Origin: a virus
Length of the DNA stretch: 64,000 bases
IMG/VR virus record: IMGVR_UViG_3300049571_000582
Coordinates: 46,670 to 110,669 of that record
Direction: 5' to 3' (one strand)
In this document: piece after piece, positions 56,451 to 64,000 of the stretch
Numbering within the stretch: position 1 is the first letter of the stretch
Layout of the letters: each line of letters starts with the position of its first letter
Notes under the pieces: generated by a model
What the model was told of the DNA's origin: nothing
The model's input: the letters and a program-made list of their open reading frames with translations, nothing else
Databases searched by the model: none
Position numbers and translations under genes: made by a program

Positions 56451-57930
56451 CCTTCAACTCCTTTGGCGGGGGACCCTGGAAGAACAGATCTTGGTCCTGC
56501 AATGCAAGTATCGTCGAACGCGCACCTAGTTCCGTCAGGGCGTCGTGATACTTTGAGGAAAGATGATCCATTTCGTAGTGGTGGCCAAACTCGTGGATCG
56601 CCAGGTCAATGACGCGGGGGAGGTTTCCGGGGAAGGCTTCAAACCACTTGTGGCCAAGCCTTCCCAGGTTCAAGGTCAGGACGCTGTGTCCGTAGTTGGC
56701 CAGCCAGAACACCGTGGGCTCGTTTGCGATCTTGACGTCGATCGGGCCAATGCCCAGTCCAAGGGCGTACTTCTTCAGCCACTCGACCATCCATCGCATT
56801 CCCGGGGTCCAGTCCGACGGCGGCACCAGTTTCTCGGGCCGGCCGTGGAGGCTGTAGGGGCTCGGGGTGGGCGAGATTTCGCCGGCAGGCTTGCTCAGGC
56901 CGAACGCTCGGACATTCTCCCACTGGGACGCGTTGAGGCTCCCTCCCATGATGGGCGTGAAGCCCTCCGACACCAGCCGATTGTTTGCCTCGTGGTCGGA
57001 GGGATCGAAAGTGAACCGCTTGTCGCCAAAGCGGTGCGTGAGCATCTGGTTGACGACGCTGGGGGCAATGCGGGGGTCGCTCGTGGCTTCCTGCACTTCG
57101 GTGGACGCTGCCCGCTCCTTGTCCATGAGGTGGGCCGTGTGATTGAGCACCTCGACCCGCAGCGCCCGAAGGTATGCCGGCCCCACGTTGTCGCGGTCCA
57201 TGTTCAGAGGGACTTTCTGCTGGATGTTCACATGGAAGGTGTCCCCGGTCTCCACCACGGGAATGCCCATTTCGAAGATCATTGCCTTCTCGCCTGCGGC
57301 GGGTTGATAGACTTCGACGATCGTCTTGCGTGTAACGCGACGAAGGACCCCCTCAGGGTCTGCCAGCACTGTGGGGAGGACCGCCTCGAAGGCTGTGACC
57401 GGCGGCGGGGCTGTAAGAAGCCTGCCGTTGAAGGTGGTGTCTATGGGGGGAGGGGGTAGGAAGCGGGCCACCTCGGATTCGATTTCGACCAACTCGTCCC
57501 GCGTCATGGGGATTTCGGCGATGAAGCTGGTCCCCCGGGGCTGACAATCGCAAGAGGTACGGCGGGTCCCGTCACGAAAGAATGTGACGGTGCCAGTGGT
57601 GGAGGTGATCTTGGCGAAGTTGCACAGGGCAAGGACCACCTTTTCGCCCATGTTGAAGCGCCCTCGCTTGTTGGCCTGGCACTTCTTGTTGCTCTCGGCG
57701 AACATCGTCCAGGCGTGACTGAGGTTCTTGAACCCTTCGGGGGAGTCGTCGGCAACCGTCAGCGTTGCCACAGGGCGACCAGGGACAGGCTCGAGAGTGA
57801 CGTCGACCTTGGTCACTCCATCTTCGTCCCAGCAGTTCTGCAGCAGTTCTTGAAGGATGAAGACCTTGCCGCGGTCAGCCACGAGCTTTGCGAGGCCGGC
57901 CTTGTCGATTTCGAACCAGGAATTGCTCAT
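56443..57930 (-). CDS. GHKL (Hsp90/MORC-type) ATPase fused to a C-terminal HExxH zincin-like domain
   Basis: ELLQNCWD, DDSPEG, RGRFNMG, GT; C-terminal IHEFGHH...HLS..YH. Confidence 0.8.
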   Translation of the reverse strand: MSNSWFEIDKAGLAKLVADRGKVFILQELLQNCWDEDGVTKVDVTLEPVPGRPVATLTVADDSPEGFKNLSHAWTMFAESNKKCQANKRGRFNMGEKVVLALCNFAKITSTTGTVTFFRDGTRRTSCDCQPRGTSFIAEIPMTRDELVEIESEVARFLPPPPIDTTFNGRLLTAPPPVTAFEAVLPTVLADPEGVLRRVTRKTIVEVYQPAAGEKAMIFEMGIPVVETGDTFHVNIQQKVPLNMDRDNVGPAYLRALRVEVLNHTAHLMDKERAASTEVQEATSDPRIAPSVVNQMLTHRFGDKRFTFDPSDHEANNRLVSEGFTPIMGGSLNASQWENVRAFGLSKPAGEISPTPSPYSLHGRPEKLVPPSDWTPGMRWMVEWLKKYALGLGIGPIDVKIANEPTVFWLANYGHSVLTLNLGRLGHKWFEAFPGNLPRVIDLAIHEFGHHYEMDHLSSKYHDALTELGARSTILALQDQDLFFQGPPPKELKDA

Positions 57931-58034
57931 ATATTGTCCTATAGCGGTATCTACTAAAACAGATGAAACGGACACGTGGTGCGGCATGCCCTTTGCGTCT
58001 CACTCAAGTGATCGCTTATTGAAAGGAGCTTTTC

Positions 58035-58220
58035 ATGGCAACCGAAATCCGAAACAAAGAAACCCTGCTGGGCACCGAAACGAACACCGATGGCACGCCG
58101 GTAAAGGAGATCGTGAGCGAAGAAGGAGACGTTGTTGCGGAAATCACGAACAAGGAAACGCTTTTGGGCACGGAAACGAATGATGATGGAACGCCTCAAC
58201 AGGAAATTAAGCCGGTTTGA
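58035..58220 (+). CDS. Small acidic protein made of two 23-aa repeats
   Basis: AAAGGAG RBS; repeats 19/23 identical with many synonymous differences. Confidence 0.68.
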   Translation: MATEIRNKETLLGTETNTDGTPVKEIVSEEGDVVAEITNKETLLGTETNDDGTPQQEIKPV

Positions 58221-58226
58221 GGACAG

Positions 58227-59261
58227 TCAGACCAATTCAGCAAGTTCCGCGTGGATCTCGTCCTCAGTCTCGGACGGGGCCTCGCGGAGGCTTTCCTTGT
58301 ACGCGACGCCTTCACTACCATCGTCGTTGATCAGGACCCGCGGCACCTTGTGGCCAGTGGATTCCAGGATCTCCCGCAGGGTGGGACCGACGTGGGGAGG
58401 ATTGAAGGTTGTCCCGTTGCGGGCTTTCTGACACTTGGGGTTGAGCACGATTTTCTCGGCGATCTCCTCCAACGGGGTGAACTCCAGGCCTTTCTGAAGG
58501 ATGTACTCCGTGATTGAGCCCGGACGTCCGTCGGCTTTTCGCGGCCGTCGCCACAGGCCGCGGACCTTGGTGTTGTAGGGTTCGGCCGTCAACTCGATCA
58601 GGATGGTCCGCGCCCGGTCCTCTGGCGTCGCCTCGTCCACCTCATGGGTCTTCTGGAACGGGCAGAAGTAGCACGCGGATTTGGGCGGGATGGGGAGGCC
58701 GGCATCGTCGATGATCTGCATGCATTTCTGCAGGTTGTACCCCCACTCCATCAGCGGCATCTGGTACTCGAATCGCTTGGCCTCCAGGGGGTTGGCCTTG
58801 CCGGAGTGGGCGCGGGCATCGGCACGCCTCAGGCGGTGTGTCTCGCCTGCCTCGAAGCCGATCATCTTTATGACCTTCTGTCCCCGTGCCCATGCCTCCA
58901 GCGCCGGCGTCCAGCTTCGGGCCCATTTGTTCTGCGGCTCGATCTTGAATTTCATGGCGCACGTATGCTGGTTGAGGGCCGCGCCCGGGAGCGTGGCATT
59001 GAGCACCATGTTGCCCTCGAGGGTGTGATAGGGCGCTCGTTTGGGCGTGTACTTTACAACGGTAATGGTGGGGAAGCCCACCGACGCGAGCCAAGCGTTG
59101 AACACGGGAATGAACTTGTAGGTCATCTCTTTTTCAGAGCCGACGTTCGCGAACACGATCGCGTCCGGGCGGATGCCGCGCCGGTGCAGTTCGATGATCA
59201 GGGCGGTTGAATCCCGGCCGACTCCGTAGGAGACGACCAAGGGCTGTTTCAAGTTCGTCAT
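58227..59261 (-). CDS. PAPS-reductase-like (PP-loop, adenine nucleotide alpha-hydrolase) protein
   Basis: VVSYGVGRDSTA, FANVGSE, C..KFKI.P, IGF..GE, KSACYFCPF. Confidence 0.85.
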   Translation of the reverse strand: MTNLKQPLVVSYGVGRDSTALIIELHRRGIRPDAIVFANVGSEKEMTYKFIPVFNAWLASVGFPTITVVKYTPKRAPYHTLEGNMVLNATLPGAALNQHTCAMKFKIEPQNKWARSWTPALEAWARGQKVIKMIGFEAGETHRLRRADARAHSGKANPLEAKRFEYQMPLMEWGYNLQKCMQIIDDAGLPIPPKSACYFCPFQKTHEVDEATPEDRARTILIELTAEPYNTKVRGLWRRPRKADGRPGSITEYILQKGLEFTPLEEIAEKIVLNPKCQKARNGTTFNPPHVGPTLREILESTGHKVPRVLINDDGSEGVAYKESLREAPSETEDEIHAELAELV

Positions 59262-60040
59262 GCTGCGTCCTTTTGTTTGGGGTAGGGGAGGGGCCGGGGG
59301 AGATGGCGGCGAAGCCGCCTGTCGATGGCCCACGCGTATTTGTGATTGCCGCCATGGGCGAAGGGCCGGGTAAGCCGGGGGATCCAGTGATCGGACCACG
59401 CCCGCAGGTCTTCGCCCGGCCGGTCAGCGCCCAGTTCCACCAGCGATTCGGCTGCGTATTCCCACCCTCGCTCCTTGGCTCGAATCTTCTGGATCGAGCG
59501 AGGCGACAGGACACGGCCGTCCGGGAGCAACCGGTGCACTCGCCGCTTTCCGCGGCCGAGGTAGGTGGCGTTGTGTGCCTGGTAGATCGTGCCGATGTGG
59601 CCGGCGAAGATGGTTGTGCCGTCGGCGGTTGTGCGGGGGACGGGATCCGAAAAGCTCACCACCAAGGCGATGCCTCTGGCTCGCAGCTGCTCGAAGCACC
59701 GGGCAATGAACCAGGTTTCACCGTTGCCAGGAACCTCGTCCAGCAGGACTAGGCGTCCCAGCTCAATGCCATCCTGGAACTGGATCTTGGCGACGCCGGT
59801 GATGGCGGCGTTGTTCATTGGGACCGAGAAAACAGCGACACCTTGGAGCTGGGGCCCACGATAGAGCCCGTACCGGTGGCGGGCCGCCGGATAACTTCCG
59901 GAGTAGTGGTGCTCCAGAATGAAGCCCTTGGCGGTCTTGTCGTCGGGTATCGCCGCCACTTCGTACCGCGATGTATCGATCGGATCCGGTGGCCGAAACG
60001 TCGCGCAGCGGCCAGACCATCGCTGGCAAAGCAATGTCAT
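59258..60040 (-). CDS. Mom-family GNAT DNA adenine modification enzyme
   Basis: FILEHHYSG, IELGRL, ETWFIARC, VSFSDP, GHIGTIYQAHN..YLG. Confidence 0.82.
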   Translation of the reverse strand: MTLLCQRWSGRCATFRPPDPIDTSRYEVAAIPDDKTAKGFILEHHYSGSYPAARHRYGLYRGPQLQGVAVFSVPMNNAAITGVAKIQFQDGIELGRLVLLDEVPGNGETWFIARCFEQLRARGIALVVSFSDPVPRTTADGTTIFAGHIGTIYQAHNATYLGRGKRRVHRLLPDGRVLSPRSIQKIRAKERGWEYAAESLVELGADRPGEDLRAWSDHWIPRLTRPFAHGGNHKYAWAIDRRLRRHLPRPLPYPKQKDAA

Positions 60041-60084
60041 TGGTGATCCTCTCTTTATGGGCGTTGGTAAGGTGCTGCGGCCGT

Positions 60085-61725
60085 TTAGCCGGCGGCGAGC
60101 AGCTTCACATTCGACGGGGCGATCTGGAGGCTGGTGTGGAAGTATTTGGTGGCTTCTTCAGCGGTGTACCCCAGTTCCTCGACCACGTCCGACGCACTGC
60201 GAATCCAGCCGAGTAGTCGGCCAGCTTCAACGTTCATCGCCTTGATGGCTTCGGGCCGGAATCGCAGGTGCAGGTTCCCATTTTTGTATGCCTTCACCTG
60301 GAACAGGACTGTGTCGCCTTGGTAGAAGTCCTGCCATTCGCCGCCAACCCAATGGCGGTAGCGCGAAGGTGTGTCGCTGGTAAGAAATCCCAAGTTGCCC
60401 ATGACCGCGATGATGTCTGCAATCAGGTCGTGGCACCTGTTGTGCAGGTCATTGGTGTAGTCGAAGGCGAACTGTTCGTTCTTGATCGCGTAGCTCCGGC
60501 AGACGACGATCCGATAGTCCAGGCCGTAATGGGTGGGTTTCTGATCCATGAATCGCCACTGGCTGCGTTCCCACGTCCGCTGATTGCTCTTGTAATTGAG
60601 CACACCCTCGAACGTGGAGAGATCCTTGAACAGCGCAATGAGCTGTTCGTTGTAATAGCGATTGGCATGTTTGACGGCCCAAATCACCACGGCGTAGGCG
60701 TTGGTGGCGGTGAACGCGATCGATGTGCGATCCGTCAGGCGCTTCAAAAACCGCTCTTTCGTCGCGGTGCTCAGGCGGTCAGTGATGGAGTTCAGCCGCT
60801 CGAAAAGAAGCTCCCAATACTTCGTCTTCAGCCCCGCCATGCGCTTCTTGATTCCTTCGCGAACAGCGTCCTTGCTCACCCCAAGTTCCTTCAGGATCGC
60901 GTGGTCGAGCTTGAAGATGGCCCGATAGTTCTCTTCCATCCGGGCGTACTCCGCGTCGAACGCTTCAACAAGTCCGGCGATGGTGTCCAGCCGCGGGTTC
61001 TTGGCCAGGTCGCGGCCGGCGTCATCACCTGCCACTTCCTCTTCCTGGTCGAACGTGCTGATGTTCTCATTGAACCACACGTCGAAGGGATCTTCGGGTT
61101 CGCCGAAGTAGCGACGATCGCGCATGGGGTATGCAATCTCGACAATGTCCACCACGGCCCGCGCCGCACGTTCTGCGTCGAGAAAGTCGTCCGAATGAAT
61201 GACCTTCGCCTCTGCCTTGCGACGCTCGAGGGCTGTCTTGATCGCCTCGGAGTCTTTCCAGCGACGGGGGATGACGAGGTAGGATTTCTTCGCAAAACCC
61301 GACTCGATGATCGCGCTCGCCCAGGCCTCAAACTGGGAGTAGGGCGGGTTGCAGAAGATGTAATCCGCGGGCAGGCAGGTCAGATTCTGTTCGTAAAAGT
61401 CCGTGCCCACCGGGATGATGTCTTCGGGCTGGGCGCGGAGCAGAACGGTTGACTTCTCGATGCCATAAAGGCGGGCATGGGGGAACTTCTTGGAGAGCTC
61501 CACCAGAACCCGACCATCGCCGGCCCCGATGTCCATGATTGAACACACGTCGCCGGAGGCTTTCGAGATTTGCTTCGCGACGACATCGATCATCCTTTGG
61601 GTGGTGGGGTACCACTCGAAGTCTTCGCCGGCGAGTTGGACATCTTCCAGCGTTGCCCTGGTCGAGGCACCAGAGGGGCGATCGCTGCCACGGGGGGCTG
61701 CGGGTGCGTTTTCAAGCATCAGCAT
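60085..61725 (-). CDS. N6-adenine/N4-cytosine DNA methyltransferase with DUF4942-like C-terminal domain
   Basis: EWYPT, DIGAGDG, NPPY; C-terminal KAYKNGNLH. ATG 61725 after AAGGA. Confidence 0.85.
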   Translation of the reverse strand: MLMLENAPAAPRGSDRPSGASTRATLEDVQLAGEDFEWYPTTQRMIDVVAKQISKASGDVCSIMDIGAGDGRVLVELSKKFPHARLYGIEKSTVLLRAQPEDIIPVGTDFYEQNLTCLPADYIFCNPPYSQFEAWASAIIESGFAKKSYLVIPRRWKDSEAIKTALERRKAEAKVIHSDDFLDAERAARAVVDIVEIAYPMRDRRYFGEPEDPFDVWFNENISTFDQEEEVAGDDAGRDLAKNPRLDTIAGLVEAFDAEYARMEENYRAIFKLDHAILKELGVSKDAVREGIKKRMAGLKTKYWELLFERLNSITDRLSTATKERFLKRLTDRTSIAFTATNAYAVVIWAVKHANRYYNEQLIALFKDLSTFEGVLNYKSNQRTWERSQWRFMDQKPTHYGLDYRIVVCRSYAIKNEQFAFDYTNDLHNRCHDLIADIIAVMGNLGFLTSDTPSRYRHWVGGEWQDFYQGDTVLFQVKAYKNGNLHLRFRPEAIKAMNVEAGRLLGWIRSASDVVEELGYTAEEATKYFHTSLQIAPSNVKLLAAG

Positions 61726-61786
61726 GAGAAAATCCTTTCTTGGGGAGTTCCTGTAGATCGCGCATAAGTGATGACGTGTTTGTGAA

Positions 61787-62569
61787 TCAGGCAGCCTGCA
61801 GCGCCGGCGACTCCTTCTCGGCGAACCGACCAGAGATCGAGAGCCGGGTGAAGCGGACAGCGTTGCCCTTCTTGCCGTGGGCGATGATGGAGATGTCTGC
61901 CAGAGCGTTCCCCCGGTCCGCCCCGTCGCATACCTGGCAGTCTTCGCACCGGGCCTTGTGGCCGCCCTCAGGGCTTGCCGGACACATGCGTTCCCGGGGT
62001 GCGAGAGGTTCGCCTGGGTGACGAATGCGGAAGGTTCGCCACCCCGCCGCCTTGGCTCTCTGATAGCCCTCTTCCGATTCGACCGATGCCATGACGTACG
62101 GCTTCCAGTCTTTGGCGAATGGTTCCCTCCACGAATGGGTATACCCCGTCCAACCGCGGGACAATTGAAGGATGGGCCTGAGGGTTGACGCGGGAACCAT
62201 GGCAGGGTCGCCATACGCGCCCAGGCGGATGACGCGGCCTCTGAAGTGCTTGGCGTGGATCTTCGGGTCATATTTCGGGTAGTTGCCAACTTGCCAGCTG
62301 CGGTAAACCCCGTTTGTGTAAATCAGGTTGACATAGCACAGACCCTCGCCGCCGGAGTGCCGATTTCGCATCGGACATTCGCCGCAGGTTGCTTGGTCGT
62401 CCCCGCTAGTGGCGGCATCGGTGGGTTTGGCTGATGCGTTCAAGATCCATACTTGGATCATGTTGCCGGTTTTTTCGTTGTCGGACTTGAAAGTTGCTAA
62501 TACTACGATTTCTCCGCCGTTGAACCGCGACGGCCCCCGATAAAGTTCGACACCACGATATAAAATCAT
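61787..62569 (-). CDS. Cys-rich conserved phage protein (Gp88-like, possible Fe-S enzyme)
   Basis: NEKTG, CGECP..CYV, RLGAYGD, GYTH, CPA...CEDCQVC. Confidence 0.7.
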   Translation of the reverse strand: MILYRGVELYRGPSRFNGGEIVVLATFKSDNEKTGNMIQVWILNASAKPTDAATSGDDQATCGECPMRNRHSGGEGLCYVNLIYTNGVYRSWQVGNYPKYDPKIHAKHFRGRVIRLGAYGDPAMVPASTLRPILQLSRGWTGYTHSWREPFAKDWKPYVMASVESEEGYQRAKAAGWRTFRIRHPGEPLAPRERMCPASPEGGHKARCEDCQVCDGADRGNALADISIIAHGKKGNAVRFTRLSISGRFAEKESPALQAA

Positions 62570-62592
62570 ATCAATAACTCCATGTTATTGGC

Positions 62593-62623
62593 AAAAAGAA
62601 GGCCCCGATTTCGTGATCGGGGC
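62593..62623 (-). terminator. Rho-independent terminator
   Basis: GCCCCGAT / ATCGGGGC stem followed by CTTCTTTTT on the - strand. Confidence 0.7.
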
Positions 62624-62652
62624 TGTGGTCCAATTCGTGATTTTGGTACGGA

Positions 62653-63330
62653 CTACTGCTGTTGGAGTTTCTTGTGAGGGCATTGCCCGTAGAACTGCTT
62701 GGCCATGTTGCAGTTGTGGCACAGAACCTGATGCCCTGGAGGGAATCCCCGGCGTTTCAAGTCTCTTAGCACCCCGGTTAAACCAACTTTCGCTCTGTGC
62801 TGGGCACCATCGTTGTCGATGTGGTCAATGCAGAGGAACTCATACAGATCCTCGCCGCAGCACGCACAGGAAGGGTGTTCTCCTCCATAGGCCCTCAGGA
62901 CATCCTTCCGGAGATTTCTCGCGGAGATAGTCGAGACGCTCGGAAGCCCCTTTGCCGCGCGTTTCCGGGCGGCCTCGCCAGTTTGGATCTTGGCACACGG
63001 CTTACAGTAGACCCAGAGGCCATCCATCCTGCGTTTGCAGCGAGAGAAGCACGCGAATGGAAGTTCCTCTTTGCATTTCCGGCAGGTCTTCTTGCCATCG
63101 CGATTGGGCGGATGTTGAGAGTGGGCTTCGCTCAGTAGTCGGCTTCTGGAGCAGCCACAGCTCTTTCGGTCGCCCCTTCTTAACATTGTCCCAGAGACCC
63201 GTGTTTCTACTCCGCAATCGCATTTGCAAAACCACATGGCTGCGGAATGAAGGTGCGATCTCGGGGCGCGGCCGATCACGACTAGCATCCCAAACCTCTG
63301 GCCCATCATGTCTATTAGAGTGTTAGCCAT
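62653..63330 (-). CDS. HNH homing endonuclease
   Basis: GQRFGMLVV..WFCKCDCG..SCGC N-domain, Zn finger, CACCG..IDHIDNDG..LCHNCN. Confidence 0.85.
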   Translation of the reverse strand: MANTLIDMMGQRFGMLVVIGRAPRSHLHSAAMWFCKCDCGVETRVSGTMLRRGDRKSCGCSRSRLLSEAHSQHPPNRDGKKTCRKCKEELPFACFSRCKRRMDGLWVYCKPCAKIQTGEAARKRAAKGLPSVSTISARNLRKDVLRAYGGEHPSCACCGEDLYEFLCIDHIDNDGAQHRAKVGLTGVLRDLKRRGFPPGHQVLCHNCNMAKQFYGQCPHKKLQQQ

Positions 63331-63604
63331 GGGCGTCAGCGTTTTGTAGGGATGATTGGCCAGTCAGGTGGTTGTCATTGATCCACTCCACCTCGGCCCG
63401 AAGTGCGGCTTCTCTGGTCGGGAAGCCGCTGAGCACTGGGCCGCCGACGGGCGACATATCGGCATGCCATGTGAGGTCATCGTCCGGCTCAACATGGCTT
63501 GCCCGCTTGATGGTGGCGTCCCCTTCGTCCATCAGCCCCCGAAGCTCGTCAGAGTAAATGAACTGCATCGTTGCGTCTTCGTGAACGCTGATCACGATTG
63601 ACAT
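63323..63604 (-). CDS. Conserved hypothetical protein of the DUF2997/DUF1257 module
   Basis: RASHVEP...WHADMSPVGGPVL..F.TR..AL.AE..W. Confidence 0.75.
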   Translation of the reverse strand: MSIVISVHEDATMQFIYSDELRGLMDEGDATIKRASHVEPDDDLTWHADMSPVGGPVLSGFPTREAALRAEVEWINDNHLTGQSSLQNADAHG

Positions 63605-63605
63605 C

Positions 63606-63818
63606 TCAGCTCCTTTGCTGTTGCTGTTGGCTCACGGACGACCGGGCCGGAATGTTGTGGTATTCCGGCTTGAATTCCTCGTTCACCGTCGTGCCGATGG
63701 CGTCCTGGAGCCCCTTGGTGAGGGCCGTACAGCCTTTGCCGACGAACCCCTCCACCTCGACGGTGATCTGTGGGTCGGCGGACTCGGTGACGGTGATGAT
63801 GATTTGATCTTTGGCCAT
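63606..63818 (-). CDS. DUF2997-like protein
   Basis: VEVEGFVGKGC..LT..L...IG...KPEY. Confidence 0.8.
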   Translation of the reverse strand: MAKDQIIITVTESADPQITVEVEGFVGKGCTALTKGLQDAIGTTVNEEFKPEYHNIPARSSVSQQQQQRS

Positions 63819-63859
63819 GCTGATCCTTCCACTTTGCAGGTTACAGGGACGTTCGCTTG

Positions 63860-64000
63860 TTACCGCTGCACCACCAGCTGCACCGTCTTGGTCCCGGGCA
63901 CGAGGCGACGGACGGCCTTGTACCCCTGACGTTTCATCTGCTGGATCTTGGGGTGACGCTCGGCCACCTGCAGGACGTATTCCTGCATCAGCTTGCGCAT
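63860..64000 (-). CDS. DUF1257-like protein, 3' part (truncated by the window edge)
   Basis: KLMQEY...KRQGY...VQLVVQR*, upstream of the DUF2997-like gene. Confidence 0.65.
   Translation of the reverse strand: MRKLMQEYVLQVAERHPKIQQMKRQGYKAVRRLVPGTKTVQLVVQR

Larger units (their letters stand above)
1..64000. mobile_element. Segment of a large dsDNA bacteriophage (or prophage/phage-plasmid) genome
   Basis: Dense strand-blocked gene order. Stand-alone replisome (DnaB, DnaG, SSB, DnaE), NrdJ/ThyA/dCMP deaminase, HNH endonucleases, Mom-like gene, two sigma factors and many small hypotheticals. No cellular housekeeping operons. Confidence 0.93.

Noticed and set aside
61726-62289. N-terminal extension of the 734-aa methyltransferase ORF; likewise extensions of ORFs called from 17661, 40717, 8992, 12393, 59399 and 39597
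   Set aside because: They overlap neighbouring genes in other frames; downstream starts with RBS and family-like N-termini fit better
1-64000. tRNA/rRNA genes, integrase, att sites, alternative genetic code
   Set aside because: None recognised by eye; genes read intact in code 11 with all three stop codons in use

Overview
This is a 64 kb segment of a large, high-GC dsDNA bacteriophage genome; it could also be a prophage or phage-plasmid, and neither end, capsid, terminase nor integrase is in the window. The host is probably a Planctomycete (inference from gene families). Layout: (1) 1-11.6 kb, + strand: very large virion/adhesin-like genes, a GAF-like protein, an Endo VII-type HNH nuclease and a minimal subtilisin. 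(2) 11.6-25.7 kb, - strand: nucleotide metabolism and regulation (ThyA with a Cys-rich insertion, RecD2, metallophosphoesterase, class II RNR NrdJ, sigma factor, dCMP deaminase, lipoproteins). (3) 25.8-26.3 kb: a divergent gap with iteron-like repeats and an AT-rich tract (probable origin). (4) 26.3-48.7 kb, + strand: replication/recombination (initiator-like HTH, RecA, DnaB, DnaG, SSB, RuvC, RecB-like nuclease, a DnaE split over two genes, a second sigma factor, Rad52-like protein), then a glycoside-hydrolase-like/CBM gene. (5) About 48.8-55.3 kb: a visibly lower-GC five-gene island. It encodes a Cys-rich precursor carrying both a Sec signal and a double-glycine leader, a stand-alone exported C39 peptidase-DUF1573 protein, an M14 carboxypeptidase and two other envelope proteins. 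This is the best candidate for an undescribed system: extracytoplasmic peptide maturation carried by a phage. (6) 55.4-64 kb, - strand: a poly-acidic protein, a GHKL-zincin fusion, a DNA-modification cassette (PAPS-reductase-like, Mom-like, methyltransferase), an HNH gene and the DUF2997/DUF1257 module. The motif TTGCCCGATCT recurs upstream of middle genes and is a candidate promoter for a phage-encoded sigma factor. No tRNA, rRNA or CRISPR array was recognised. All assignments come from motif recognition by eye; no database searches were run.
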